DNA of 64,000 nt. Origin: Gordius albopunctatus (Eukaryota). The stretch spans positions 12,648,001-12,712,000 of the forward strand of contig OZ193909.1 of NCBI GenBank assembly GCA_964276515.1, given 5' to 3'. Below are positions 1-13,600 of this stretch, in pieces; position 1 is the first letter of the stretch, and the number at the start of each line of letters is the position of its first letter. The position numbers were made by a program, and so were the translations under genes. The notes under the pieces were generated by a model. It saw nothing but the letters and a program-made list of their open reading frames with translations. It was not told the origin of the DNA and made no database searches.

Positions 1-339
1 CGAAGCATTATTCTGCATGAGTAATCATATAACTCCATTTCAAGTTCGTAGTTGAGTAAAAAATTGAGACAAAAGTGTCAAGCAATCGTGGAAAAAATTT
101 TAGGGCAATTAGTAGCACCATAACGATAAATAAGTATAAAAAACGTAGTATAAATAATCCGCTAGATGGCGGTATAGACTACCAAAAAACATGGTTCCCG
201 CAGTCGCAGGTTGATAAAAAGTATCTATAAACCATCTACAATGCTAAGGCAATAATCTGGCCTTTTTGGTGGCAATCGGTTAAGAACCCTAAAAATTATT
301 AGCGTTCAAAAAAAGGGACTTAGATTTTTATAATATAGA
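1..339 (-). mobile_element. 5' end of a Helitron, running off the window edge
   Basis: The minus strand starts TCTATATTATAAAAATC immediately after the CTAG terminus of the adjacent Helitron. The TC(T/A)TATA start resembles those of the Helitrons at 4150 and 58786. Confidence 0.6.
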
Positions 340-2157
340 CTAGCTGTGTCCGGCCAAGCATTGCTTTGGCTTAGTACTTATTTGGCTAAATAATTGGTAC
401 CTATCAATAGAAAATATATGAAAGAATTTATAATGTGAAAGGTCCTAATGCTAATGCAAATAAATATCCATAATATTTATTGAAGAGCGATATAAAATAT
501 TTATTAATACATCTAAAATGCTAAGGCAATAATCTGGCCAAATTAAAGTTATTAGCGCACAAAAAAACGGGGATCCGTGGTATGAGGACATCTTCTCCAG
601 TGAAAGGTCCAGTCAAAATCTAATAAAAAGGGGAGAAATGCTAAAAGAAATATAAAATTATAGATTTAAAAGGTGATTATAAGCGAGTAAAATCAATAGG
701 CTTTAATGGTAATTGCTAAAAGTTATGAGTGGATAAATAGAAATAATACTAACTTTAATTATTCATGCAGAAAAGTAGTGAGGCGTTATAAAGAGGGTTG
801 TAGGTTCGGATAAGAGATGCTTCGCAGCTTAACTTCTTCCTTAGAAAGGAAGAAATTGCTATAATGCTTGGGGATAGACAATATTTTTGGTCATGTTATT
901 ATCTGTGTAGATATACAAATTTTGTGGATTGCCGACGCGCGAACATGCAACATATAAGTGTCCATGTGAAAAACAATCTGTTTCTAAATCTATACCACAA
1001 ATTTCTAGAGACTGGCCTTGAGCTTTGTTAATGGTAATAGCAAATGCGAGTTTAAAAGGAAATTCCAATCTTTTGAATTCAAATGGTAAATCTGTTGGAA
1101 TCAAAGGGATCCGTGGTATGAGGACATCTTCTGCAGTGAAAGGTCCAGTCAAAATCGTGGCCTCAACAACGTTGCACATTAAGCGTTTAATAGCAAGACG
1201 TGTGCCGCTGCAAAGTTTTGGCTGATTAACATTGCGCAACATCCTAATCGGTACGCCAATTTTCAAATGCAAAACGTGTGGTGGTATGCCTGGGAGATCT
1301 AGCGAATTTAAAAATTCGAGCGGATAATTAACAGCGTCATCAGCAGTAACAACAGTGTCAACGGATTTGTAGGTAACTGGAGTGCCGTCAATTGTAGACA
1401 GAATGAGATTGTTAAGTTCTTGGACGTCTTTATTCTTTGGGGCAAGAATAGCCCGTTGACGGAGCCATATTCGATCCTGATAATGGGTGTTAATATTTGG
1501 AAAAACTTTTTCTACCAAAGCTGTTTTGGACGACACAAAATGGCAGAAGTTGGTAGGAAATGAAATCCGTCCTGTGTTTATATCGACGGGCACGGTTCCG
1601 TTTCCAATTTCTAGCAATTGATGGGAGAATAACTCACATGCTTGCTCATTTTGTAACATTACACGCATATTAGTAGTTAAATTTAAGGTTTTGACATAAG
1701 GCCATAAAATAGAATATTTTAGGCGAGCATTGAGCTCATCAGCAGGGGTTGATCAAGGAAGCACTGGTAAAGTTTGCCTGAAATCTTCTGCAAGCAATAA
1801 AAATGCGCCACCAAATGGTCTGGAATCTCGCCGCAAATCTTGCAAAGAACGATCTAGAGCTTCGAGCGATTTTTTATGGGCCATTGTGCATTCATCCCAA
1901 AAGATAAGTTTGCACCTTTCTATTACTTTAGCCATTCCAGATGCTCGGGAAATGTTGCACATGGGAGTTTCGCTATAATGAATGTTTGAAGGCAATTTTA
2001 ATGCTGAATGAGCAATTTTACCACCAGGCAACAATGTCGCAGCTATTCCGGAAGATGCAAGAGCCACGGCTATTTCATTTTGGGATCGAACAGTTGCAAG
2101 AAGTAAAATCAGTAAAAATGTTTTACCAGTTCCGGTCTTTTTAGCAGTGTAAAACAC
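340..2157 (-). mobile_element. Helitron 3' part with degraded PIF1-family helicase
   Basis: ORFs 1753-2157 (GTGKT, DECTM, DFRQTLPV) and 859-1668 (FAITINKAQGQSL, YVACSRV) share a frame separated by one TGA. The 3' hairpin GCCAAAGCAATGCTTGGC is followed by CTAG at 340-343. Confidence 0.9.
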
Positions 2158-2159
2158 CG

Positions 2160-4370
2160 CTCATTAGAGCACGTTGTCACAGGTAGGGTTGCTAATATAT
2201 GGTAAAGAATTTTAATATTAGGATAAAGATCTAGTTTGGAGGCATGATTGGATAATGTATCCAATGCATTGCTTGGTAATTTTTTTTAATTGAAGTCTCT
2301 AAACGATGAATACTACTATTTAATATCGGAATCAAACTGCTCTTCTGATCCTTCAAGATCATCTTCATAAAATTTAGCTAATATTAAAAAATTATTTAAT
2401 ATTTGAGAGGCGAGTTAAACGGGGTCTTTAATAAAGAGGGTATCGAATCCCATAAGTATTTGTTGGTTTTTAATGAATCGTTCATCTAATTCAGCTAAAA
2501 CAAAATCCAAAAAGGGATTTTACAACGAGATCCTGTAATAGGCTTCTAGGAATGTTGTCTCTATATTTGACCTTAATCTTTGAAGGGACGTCCTTCTAGG
2601 AATAGTGATGAAAAAATCATGACTCCTTCCAAATGTTGAAACATTGGTAAAAATAGTTTGAAACCCCTCTTCTGAATTTTTACGCAATTCTTTGATTTGG
2701 AAAATAGCATTTTGGGCGGCTTACATTGCATGTGATGTGATAGATCAATGTTAATTGTTTGTAAATAGTTGCTTAGATGTATTTTATAGGAAAATACTTG
2801 TTTCAACATATAAAGAGACAACCTAAATTGGCCTTGTTTCAATGATAAAAGTAGAATCATTGCATTCGATGATGATTCTACATCATCCCATTCACAAATC
2901 TTGACGAGTGTAGTAAAAATGGCTTCTTTAAATTCATAAAATACTAGATGAACCCGGCAAACGTTGTTCTGCCATTTACCCTGGTGTATTAAATTATGTT
3001 AGAATTTTAGAGCATATATGATGATAAAGCGGTTATTGAAGTAAAAATAAAGTTTGATAATTTTTAAACAAATAGTTAAAGAGGGTCTAAGGCCCAGGCC
3101 CACCCAAGACCACCCAAGAGAGAAAACCTGGCCCCATGCCTCCCCCCCCCCTTCCAAGGGAAATTTTTTTTTAATTTGTTGTAATTAAGAAACATTATCA
3201 TAATTATTTGTTTCTGAATAAAACTTTTAATTCTGAACTTAATAATGTCCGAAGAACTGAGATATATGAACATTTATTGGCACTTTGTTAAAAGTATTTT
3301 CATTTTTCTCCTTATTTAACGCTGAAAAAATGACAAAATTAGATTTTTTAATTTATTTAGCCACGCAGTAGGGGACACGACCGTCCTATAATAATAATAA
3401 TTGACGTGAAAAATAAGCAAAAAAAATGAGTTTAATTTAATGTTTCAAATCGTAAAAAGTTTCCATTTTCCGCAGCACATGGCTACATTTATCACACAAC
3501 CCCCACCCCCCCCAAGGGAAAAATCTTTGGCCCCCTGGCCCTTCAAGCAATTTTTTTTTAATTTTTTATAATTAAGAAAAAATATCATAATTATAATTAT
3601 TTGTTTCTGAATAAAACATTTAATTCTCAACTTAATAATGTCCGAAGAACTGAGATACATCAACATTTATTGGCACTTTATTAAAAGTATTTTCATTTTT
3701 CTCCTTATTTAACGCGGAAAAAATGACAAAATTAGATTTTTTAATTTATTTAGCCACGCAGGAGGGGACACGACCGTCCTATAATAATAATTGACGTGAA
3801 AAATAAGCAAAAAAATGAGTTTAATTTAATGTTTCAAATCGTAAAAAGTTTCCATTTTCCGCAGCACATGCCTACTGCATTTATCACACTACCTACACTA
3901 AACAATAGATACGCAGTACGTCATGAGGTTGCGTTTGATTGACGGTTTATTAAACGTAAAACATATAAATCGAACTAACTCAAAAACTACTTGGCCGATT
4001 TGGCTCGAACATATCTTAAAACATGCTCCGGAGTGTGGGGAATAAACTGTGAAATTTTGAGCCAAATCGGTCTGGTAGTTCCCCAAAATTAGTGGCGGCA
4101 TACATACATACATACATACACACATACATAGTTTCATTTTATATATAAGATCTTGACAGCATTATGTTTTTGGATCCACCTTTTCCACAAAGTGTTGTTA
4201 ATTTAGATGATTTTAGATTGGTTGACAAAGAGAGCAATACAGAGTTTAAAAGATTTAATTTTTTCGGCGAAGTTGTAAAATCAGTAATTTTTTTGATAAC
4301 ACCTATATAAAAACAAATCATAATCTTATCCATAGATAGAGTGAGTTTGAACAAAGAGTAAATTACCGTG
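2160..4370 (-). mobile_element. Degraded hAT transposase (ZMYM1/Tip100-like), split by a Helitron insertion
   Basis: Remnant motifs on the minus strand: LTTLCG..W..KHNAV/FYEFKEAIF (rejoined across 2944-4150), PFLDFVLAELDERF and LATLPVTTCSNE (hATC-like). Confidence 0.7.
2944..4150 (-). mobile_element. Non-autonomous Helitron
   Basis: 5' TCTTATATA followed by a (TATG)n microsatellite, 3' hairpin GGCAGAACAACGTTTGCC plus CTAG, inserted between host A and T with no TSD. Internal tandem duplication ~3100-3490 / ~3500-3870. Sister copy at 55908-58786. Confidence 0.9.
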
Positions 4371-5125
4371 ATCTCTAATCGTGATTGCTGTTTGATTGTC
4401 CTCTTTTTCTTGTACTCTTACAGAATTAATACAATTATTTTCTATGGAACTAGATTCTAGAATCTATATTTAGCTTATATAATTTATTTATCACACTGAT
4501 CTCTAATCGTTTGTGTTTGGTTAACCTGTTCCTCTTCTTCTCTTACTGAATTAGTGCTATCATTTTCTAAACTAAATTCTAGAATCTAGAGTGAATTATA
4601 ATAATTTGTAAATTACCCTGGCTACTACTTTTCTCCTTTGAAAAGTTAATTTTTAGGGAAGTAGTTAATCGTTTCATATTAAAATTTCGGAAATCGGATG
4701 GGAGCTATTTATCTAAAATCTAAATTCGAATAAAATTTATAAATTTCGAACATTAAGAAATAGAAAAAGCAACAAAAAACTTAATAACACTTCCAAAATA
4801 ATTTATAAATTATAATTATCAGTAATATTTGTGTGCAAATACAATATAAAAATTATATTATTTGAAACTCATGGGTAGTGTTACAACCTTAAAACAACCC
4901 TCTCTATATGCCAATGGTAATGCTAATCAAATATGATTATTGTTTAACTGTTTTACCTTAAAATTAAATACAAGTATATTTAATTTCTCAATTCCATAAG
5001 CAGGATTCGCAACCCATATTGACCTCTCTACGACCTTAAAATGTTAATCATAATCTCGTTTACCAGCGATTAACTGTTATCATTTTATTTCGGAAAAATA
5101 AGTTTTTGTATATATTTGCCAAATC

Positions 5126-7045
5126 TCAATTACTCTTTACACTTTGGCTTAGTGCCAACTCATCTTTGTCAAGCCCAGAAACCTGTAGTTTGAGTAAATT
5201 TAACGGATCGATTGGTTGTATCTTGATTAATAGATTAGCAGGAGTTAATCCAGTCGTTGGGTGAATGGTATTTCTATAAGAAAACAGAAAGTTATATAAT
5301 TTATAGTTTTTAAAATTTCTAGTTTTGTTCAAAAACTCTTTAATTGTTCGGACAAAGCGTTCAGCTTCTCCGAAGGGCTGGAATATGTGTTACGAATATT
5401 ATCTGTGTTGCAGTATTTTTTAAACTCTGCGCTTGTAAATTGAGGTCCATTATCTGTAGTACTCCGAACCTTGAGAAAATAGATTCGAGAGCGTTTATAG
5501 TGCTTGACGTTGTTATCTTTGTCATAGGAATCACCTCGGGCCATTTGCTGTAGGCGTCAATTAAAATTAGATAATAATACCCATTAATTGGTCCACAAAA
5601 ATCTGCATGTAACCTAGACCAGGGTTTCCCCATTTTTGAGTTGCTAATTCTGTTGTACCAGTGAACCATTATTGACAATCCGTACAATTTTGAACCTAAT
5701 CTTCTATATCTTTATCAATACCCGGATACCAGAGATGTTGACGAGCCAAGATTTTTGAGCGACTCATTCCTGGGTGTCCTAAGTGGATTAGTTTCAAAAT
5801 GTTTTGCCTTAAGCCTTGAGGAATAATAATTCGGTATCTCCAAAATATGCAGCCCTTTAAGGTGGTGAGTTCTCTTTGCCGTTGTTGGTAAATTTATTAG
5901 CTCTGGAGTAACTTTCTTCGGCCAGCCATGGAGTACATAGTTATAGACTTGTCCGAGGATAGGATCTTTACGAGTATGATGCTCTATGTCGGTGGATGTA
6001 ATGGGAAAATGTTGAAATGGTTCTTCATAAATGGTGTATATATCTTCCCCTTCCCCGTGTTCTTCTTCATATCAGCATGTGTATTTTCTTTGCCATTTTT
6101 ATATTTTATGGTATATTGATAGGATGTTGTCAATAAGGTTCATTTCTGAAGTCTCGCTGAAACGGCCTGCGGTAAATTTTTGTTAGGATTGAATAGTGAT
6201 ATTAAGGGTTTGTGATCTGTTATTAATGTAAAATGGTAACCATATAAATATTCGTTAAATTTATTAAAAGCAAAAATAATGGCTAAAGCTTCTTTTTTAA
6301 TCTGACTATAATTTCTTTCAGCAGCGTTAAGGGTACGGGAAGTAAAAGCAATTGGGTGCTGATAACCTTTAATTTCATGTGCAAGTACTGCGCCGAGTCC
6401 CTCAGACGAACGATCCCTCGCGAGTATTAATGGCAACTCAGTATCAAAATGTTTTAATATCGGGGCTTGGATAATTGCTTTCTTAATGTTATTGAATGCA
6501 TTTGCGCAGTCTAGGGACCAATTGCAAGTTATTGTTTTTCTTAGTAGTTTATAAAGCGTTTGTGCTAAAGTAGAGAAGTTTTTTATGAATTTTGCGTAGT
6601 ATGTGGCCATGCCTAAAAAGATTGTAGTTCTTTTATTTTAGTTGGGGATGGTGCTGTTAAATTTCTTTAGTGTTTTTCTCAGTTGTAAAACTTCCGTCTG
6701 CACCAATGGTATGCTCTAAGTACTCCACTATTTTTCAAAAATCTACACTTTTCTAGTTTTAATTTTAAGCCGGTTCTTTCCAATTTTTTTAAAAACTTTT
6801 TCTAATTTCTGATTGTGTTCTTCTACCGATTTACCCGCTATAATAATGTCATCTAGGTAAACTACTATTACATTATAATTTTTAAATAATGAGTCCATAA
6901 ATCTTTGGAAAATGGCTGGTGCCGAGGCTATACCAAAAGGTAGTTTAGTGTATTTAAAAATTCCACGATATGTATTAATGGTTAATACGTTTTGAGAATC
7001 TTCGCTAACCTTTATTTGAAAGTAGGCGTCCTTAAGGTCCAAAAC
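5126..7045 (-). mobile_element. Ty3/gypsy pol remnant (RT-RNaseH-integrase), frameshifted
   Basis: DLKDAYFQ, LPFGIASAP and YLDD (RT); ERNYSQ and TDHKPL (RNase H); PWSRLHADF, DAYSKWPEV and TDNGPQF (integrase). Confidence 0.92.
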
Positions 7046-7049
7046 GGAA

Positions 7050-9435
7050 AAGTCTATAACAAGTCACACTATCTTCGTGTTTATGGAAATTTAGTGTTAA
7101 CGAACTCCATGTCGTATTGAAATACTAGAAGAGTTTTTTCCCCTTCTTTTTTAGACCATGCCCATAGTCTCTGATTAGATTCATACCGGGGCGATATTTC
7201 CATAAGTAGCGTTGAAATTAGTGATGCAGAAAAACCGAGACGAGACGAGAACTTGAAAAATGGAGTCGAGATCGAGACGAGTTTTTTTCGGCGAGATCTC
7301 GACTTTTTATTGATCGTTAGATTTTAGTAAATTATTGTGTATTTTAATTTGCATGATTTACATTTAAGGTATTAAGTGTAAATCAATACGTATAGAATAT
7401 ATTTGATATTATAAAAATTCATAAGTGTAGTAAATATCATATATTTTTGCAAAAAATTTAAAATTTGGCAATCATTTACCTAAGTAAGGTTGATCCATAT
7501 GATAAGTTAATAATTTTATAATATCTTTATCACCTATTTGTATCCATAGCACTATTAAATATTAAAGAAATTTTAGGCTTAGAATGAGTTCTGAGGGAAT
7601 AGTAAATATTACTAAAGCATATTTATATTTTGCAGTTACTCATCCTGCATAATGCGGTAATTATAAATTGGTAGTCAATCAGTTTCAATAAGTGGGTCTA
7701 GATTTTTTAGCACCCGCCTAACGATTTCAAAAGTACGATAGAGTATTTAATGATACCGTAATAGATTAAATCTAAATCATGGATTTTTGTTAAAGTTTTT
7801 ATGCTTCAACTAATAGTATACCTCCCAAATTTTTGAATTTGAATAAGACATTATGTGAATACATAGTTTTGTCATATGCATTACTTTTTACATTATACGC
7901 TGGGTTGACAGGTGCATTTGAATTTATTATATTTCCATAATTGTGAAATATAAAATAAATACACGAACCTATACTGTATTCGATAAATAACTATTTAATG
8001 GCAAAGTTAGTTGGAACTGGAAGGTAATTATTTGGAATATAAATTTGATTATAATAATTCCTGTCATAAATTTATATAACGTGCACTTTAATTTACAGTT
8101 TAAAACCTTATCTTCTTAATCCTATAATAATGCTGCTTTTATTGTTGTTTTTACAACGTTTTGATATGTGCATCTAGTTAACAATTCTGTAAATAATAAT
8201 ATTATCATTAAAAGTCACTCGCACTTTATGGTTTATAGGGCTATAGTAAACATGCCATAAACACTATGGCATATAATTGATGATGGTAACAATAGACTTA
8301 GTCTATTAAGAAGCTTTACCCAGGGTTAACAAAGGGTCTCAATTTGCTCAATTATGCAACTAAGTCAACTATAAGAGAACGTATTATTAAGTCTATTTAT
8401 AGTTGACAAAAAAGTGAATTTTATACAAATGTTATAATTTGCTAGAACATTCTTATTTAATTTTCTATACTTCAAATTTATTTATAGTCTTTTAGTCTAC
8501 ACTTTCCATAGAAAATGTTATCCTTATGAATTAATTTATATCTTTATATTGTCAATGAGATTTCGTGTCTCGCTAAATCTTTGAAAAGTTTTTTATTAAG
8601 GTTTCTTAAAAAATATAAAAAATTTGTCATTTGGATTTTTAAACACTTTTTTTATATTTTGAATAAAACAGGAGAAATTTTTATTCAATATATATTTTTT
8701 TTTTAAAAATTCGAGACGAGATCGAGATTTTCATAATCGCTCCCGAGACAAGACGAGATTTTGTTTTCGAAACCGAGACGAGATCGAAACACTAGTTGAA
8801 ATCCGCCCCATTAGATTTTTCTCCTTTCCTATTCCTTGTATTTCCTATTCCAATAAATCGAACAATATGACTTTCTCGGATTCCATATACCCAATGGGGA
8901 GCATACGCGCACATAAAGATTTGCAATCTTTACCCATATTGATCTGTCTGAACAACGGTTGACTTCCACCACCTGCCCTTGAACGATTTGCTTACATCAA
9001 TACCGACCCCGTTTCTTCGATTTTATGACTTAGTGTAGAACAGTTTATATCCTTATTCTAACTCCTGAGCCTTGGTTGAGTTCCACTTCGTCTCTTGTAT
9101 GAAGGCAATGTGTACCTTTCTTCTTTTTTAGCATTTATGCGACCTCGATGCTCTTTCCCGGTAACGTTCTCACATTCTAGCACATTATTATCATAATGTC
9201 CACAATTAATATCCTTAACCGCCTCTGTTGTTAGTCGGGAAGTAATCCTAGTGAGTTTTTCACATTGCACGTGTGGGTATGCAGTGCACATCGTTTGAGG
9301 AGGACGTCCTAGCTTTCTGTTGTAAAATTTTGTTTGAAAATATCTCAATTTTGGAGTTGAGGCCGGTTTCCGACCCTGCGCCAACCCACCACTTTTTGCA
9401 CACGGACTAGGGACCGTCGTACGTAGTGTGTATCG
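7050..9435 (-). mobile_element. Degraded RTE LINE 5' portion (5'UTR plus APE endonuclease), interrupted by a hAT element
   Basis: 5' motif GACGGTCCCTAGTCCGTGTGCAAAAAGTGG at ~9390-9420 is shared with the other RTE copies. Remnants include GKEHRG, VVEVNRCSDR and GADFNA (the last spanning the hAT insertion site). Confidence 0.7.
7219..8794. mobile_element. Non-autonomous hAT element with GAGAC subterminal repeats
   Basis: Termini TAGTGATG...AAACACTA, perfect 8-bp TSD GTTGAAAT (7211-7218 and 8795-8802), CGAGA repeats at both ends. Confidence 0.9.
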
Positions 9436-9719
9436 TAAAATGCTAAAATAAAATTATTAATTAGTCTCCTCAAAATACATATCATGAGTTTATTTTTCCT
9501 TCTGTATACAATTGTTGTCCATCACTCACGAGGGCTTTGTCTACCTACATATTCCTTTGATTCTCTTTGTCAACCGGCTGTCATCGTCTAGCCTTCTTGT
9601 TATTACATTTCCACATCTGACTAGCTATAATCGTCCTGTTCCTTGAACTCTTCATTCCCATATAAAACATATATAAATTAGAGCTCGAAGGCATCACAGG
9701 TTTCATCCTCGAGAAGCGG

Positions 9720-10570
9720 CCAGCTATTGGCCACAGATTTGAAATTGTATTTGGCAATAACGATGCCAATTATTTGTTTAAATAAAAATTTAGGATTGGA
9801 TAACTTCTTCCGATTTCTTAAGATAAGTTAGTCGCACTTGGTCCAGTCCTTAAACAGGAGGTGACAATGGGGGTGAAAATGGTGGCAGTGAAGAACGCCT
9901 AATCTTTGGGTTTCTTGCGGTCCTCTGCAAATGTTAAAGCATGTTAATTTTTGTTGGAGTTGGCGAAAATGTTTATACAAGTAAAATGCCATTTAGTGGT
10001 AAGACCATTTTGGGAGGGGATGAGTGTTGAGCCGTCAGGCCGCTTTGTTCCTTACAACGAGGAGCCAGAAGGCTTTGCGACTGATTGAATGCTAATTTTT
10101 TAAGGGCATCCTGATCAATAAATTATTTTGTTGTGCATTATATATTTATATTTGTTGAAGGGCTGGGTCTTTATTTACATAAACTATTAGGACTGGGATA
10201 CAATAATCGAAAAGTGACCATCACCGTATATAACAAACGCATATATAAGTTACAACCAATTAACGATAATTTGATCGACCACACGCAGGTAAATAACGTA
10301 TCCCCGGATCTACAATATTTCTTATATAGGCAATGTAGGGTGTACCTTGAATATATGTATACAGGTTGTCGGCAATTGCGGCAGGGGTGATTTCGAATAA
10401 GGAATAAGGTAAATCATGTATAGAAGCTCCAGTTTCACTAACATGAATCTAGAAAGTGAACTAGGCACGATCCATCAAAACAAAATACTTAAGAATCAGA
10501 TGCTGGTGGGCATCGATTCATCTGCTTATTTACAATCACAATTTATCAAACTCCACATACTGACCCTGTT
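9720..10570 (-). mobile_element. Highly degraded CRE-like non-LTR retrotransposon (restriction-like endonuclease remnant)
   Basis: Minus-strand GTKRPDGSTLIP, WHFTCINIFA and AEDRK match the better-preserved ORF at 54585 (GKRPDGVTLIPW, WDFTTVDIFA, AEYRK). Boundaries are approximate. Confidence 0.65.
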
Positions 10571-10677
10571 TTCTATATAAACTCAAAAAGCAAATGCGCA
10601 CTCGATACTTAATTGTGAATATTTATAGCAATCAATTGTACCAAATATTAAGATTGGACCCAGGATAAAGGAATCTA

Positions 10678-13600
10678 ATGGCAACTAGGTCTATAAAAAT
10701 TATATGTTCCTTAAATTTTTGTTATTCTGAATACATTAATGCTTATTTGGATGTTTCTATATACTTAATACCTTCTTAAAACAACATGGCCTTTATACCT
10801 TATTTAAATTTGACAGTTTGGAAAAGTTGTTCAAATTATTGGAAGGGTCAAATGATCAACTTAACAAGGTTGTGTCAAAAGAATTAGGAAATATTTATTC
10901 AAATGACAAATCTTGCATCTATCTAATACTGAATCAGGTTGATAATAAATTGAATGTATCTTATGTATGTATAGATCAAACATTTGCTCTTCAATGTTAA
11001 TTGGGAAACAAGATTATCCGCCGGCATTGTATTGGAAGAAATTATTTCTAAGCTTCCAAATAATTCCAAATTTGTCTTAGGTTACTTAATAAATAATTTA
11101 TATATTACTAATGTGATATCATATAAGCTTTTATCTCTGAATTTCTTAAGATTAAAGTACTTTAATAAAATTCAATAAATTAAATTTGACATCATATTGT
11201 ATATATTTGCCTCAAAATTTATATATAAAAGGCTTATATTTTGCCTAATGTTTTTTAGGCCTAATATATTGGTCTTTGTCAAATTTATCTAAAAAACTAA
11301 CCTATTTAGCATTTTTTGTTTTCAGATAACTTTGATGCCCTCAATCAAATGGTCCCTAACATTTTGCAATTTCAAAATTTTGATGTAAGAAAAATGGATA
11401 ATTACAAACTCTTGGATGGTGGAAAGGTGATTGAAGATACAAAACTTGAAAGTAACACCCAATTGGCAATAGTTTATTCATAAAAAATTGTACACAAATA
11501 TATATTTGCAATTACCCACTCTAAAAAAGTTGGCTTCAATTTTTAGGCAAACATTTATTTAATAGATTTATACATATTAAATGTTACCTCCTTTATAAAA
11601 TGCTGTTGTGTCCTATTGCTTTACATTATTTTTATTATAAAATAACATTGTAAGCTAAGAATTGCATAGTAAATTAAACTACTGCTTCTATAGGAATATA
11701 GAAAGTTTGAAAGAGAGTGTTTGGATCTTTACAAATGAAATAGAACAAAGGTCAAGTTTATATATAAGGCAGGTCAGGCATGAATAATCTTTTAAATTTA
11801 GAAATCAGGGCAAACATTTATTATGGCTTAATGGTATTAATATTTAATTTATTTTGTTTTCCTTCAATATTTATTATAAGCTTTTTGATCATGCAATGTT
11901 TGCTAATCGTAGTTCCTATCAAAAAAGATTTCAAAAATCAGTAACTAAAATATGTCCATAACAGTGTTCACTATATAATTTATAGTCAAATAGATAAAAT
12001 TTTCTAGAGACACGTTTTTAAATGATATTAACGGTTCCCCTAACTTTTTTTATTTTTGTTTTATATATATTATTATACGTATACGATATATAAATTTCTT
12101 AATTATTTAATTTAGTTGTGAATTATTATTTTTAAAATACAAAAATTTCAATACTTGAGTTGTGTTGCCATTTTTGTGGGCACATTTATTCATGCCTTAG
12201 GGCAAATATTATATTTCGGGTAAGGCAGGTCGGCTTACCAAATGTATCCTTTGTATTGCGTTTTTATAAATTTTTGTTAATAACTTATCCAACTCCAAGA
12301 TGTGTCTTGATGGTTTAAATAATGAAAAACGATTTTTTAATTAATTTAATTACTAACTTAAATTACCATTTGTTAGGTTTTCATTTAATACATTTTTATA
12401 GCTTGACTGTATTGAAATTTTATCAATTGTATTGGAAACTAATGTCAGGAACGTCGCTTGAACAACAGAAAAGAAACGTGCAAAAGCAATTAATGCTCGG
12501 TGTAGTGGGGGAGTCTGTAGGCGATGCTTTGAATTCTTTCATTTCAGAAGATGACTTTGCCCAAGATACGTTTATAAATTCGAAAGAAATCAATGTTAAG
12601 GGCGATGACAATGATACAATCACTGAGAATACCTCCATTGAGTAAACTATGTGATTTTTTATTATTATTATTTAACTTTTATTTTTTTACTTGTTGGAAT
12701 CTGTATTTAAAAGGCTCAGGCTTGTTGTAAAGTTTTTTGGGACCCATTTAGCCGTAGCTAAACTCAAACCTTTAATTTTTATGCAATTTAGATATAAAAA
12801 ATATTACTTTAATTTATCAAACAAAATCATTAATTTTTTTTATAAATCCTTGCGATGTATTGTGATTGTGACAAAATAAATTTTCACAAACCTGGAAGCA
12901 AATTATTCGCAATTCAATAAAACATTTGATTCTCAGGCTGTAAAACCCCTAGATAACTAAGGCTTTCATTTATTTATCTTTAACCATTGATTTAATAAGA
13001 AATTAATTTTTTTAATTTTATTTATAGGGATGGAGATTTCATAACCGACAACAAGCCTGTAAGTCAATTCATCTAGCCCCTATGTATAAATCTCATTAGT
13101 AGCCCATTCACAAAATAGTTTTTTTCCTATAATATGACTGCTAGTTGCCTTACAAGACTTCAAAATATTTGAAATTTAACAATCTTAGCAGATGTTTTTT
13201 TAACTTTTATTATAAAAAAATTATCTGATAGATTTTAATTGTTCACCTATATTTTCTACAAATTTTTTTAAAAAATGGTTTGTTAAATTTTAAAATTGCA
13301 GACGAAAAAATGTTTGTTAAGGTTTTTAAAGATTCCCATATTATTGATTTTTAAAATTAATATTCTACCATATTTTAGCTAACACATTAAAATTATAAAT
13401 TGCCTTCTATAAGATTCAGAACGGCTCTAATCCCTCGGAACCACAAGAGGTAGATAGGGATGATCACGCCATTCTAATCTGTAAATTCGCAAGGCAACAC
13501 TTATTTTCTTTCTCTAACCTGTTTAATCCGAAATGGGAAATCCGACACGGGGCTACCATAGGAATTAGGCATCTATTAACGGCTTTGTCCAGCGCGAGCA

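Noticed and set aside
859..2157. Host PIF1 helicase gene
   Set aside because: It is intronless, has an internal stop and ends in a Helitron hairpin plus CTAG, so it is transposon-derived.
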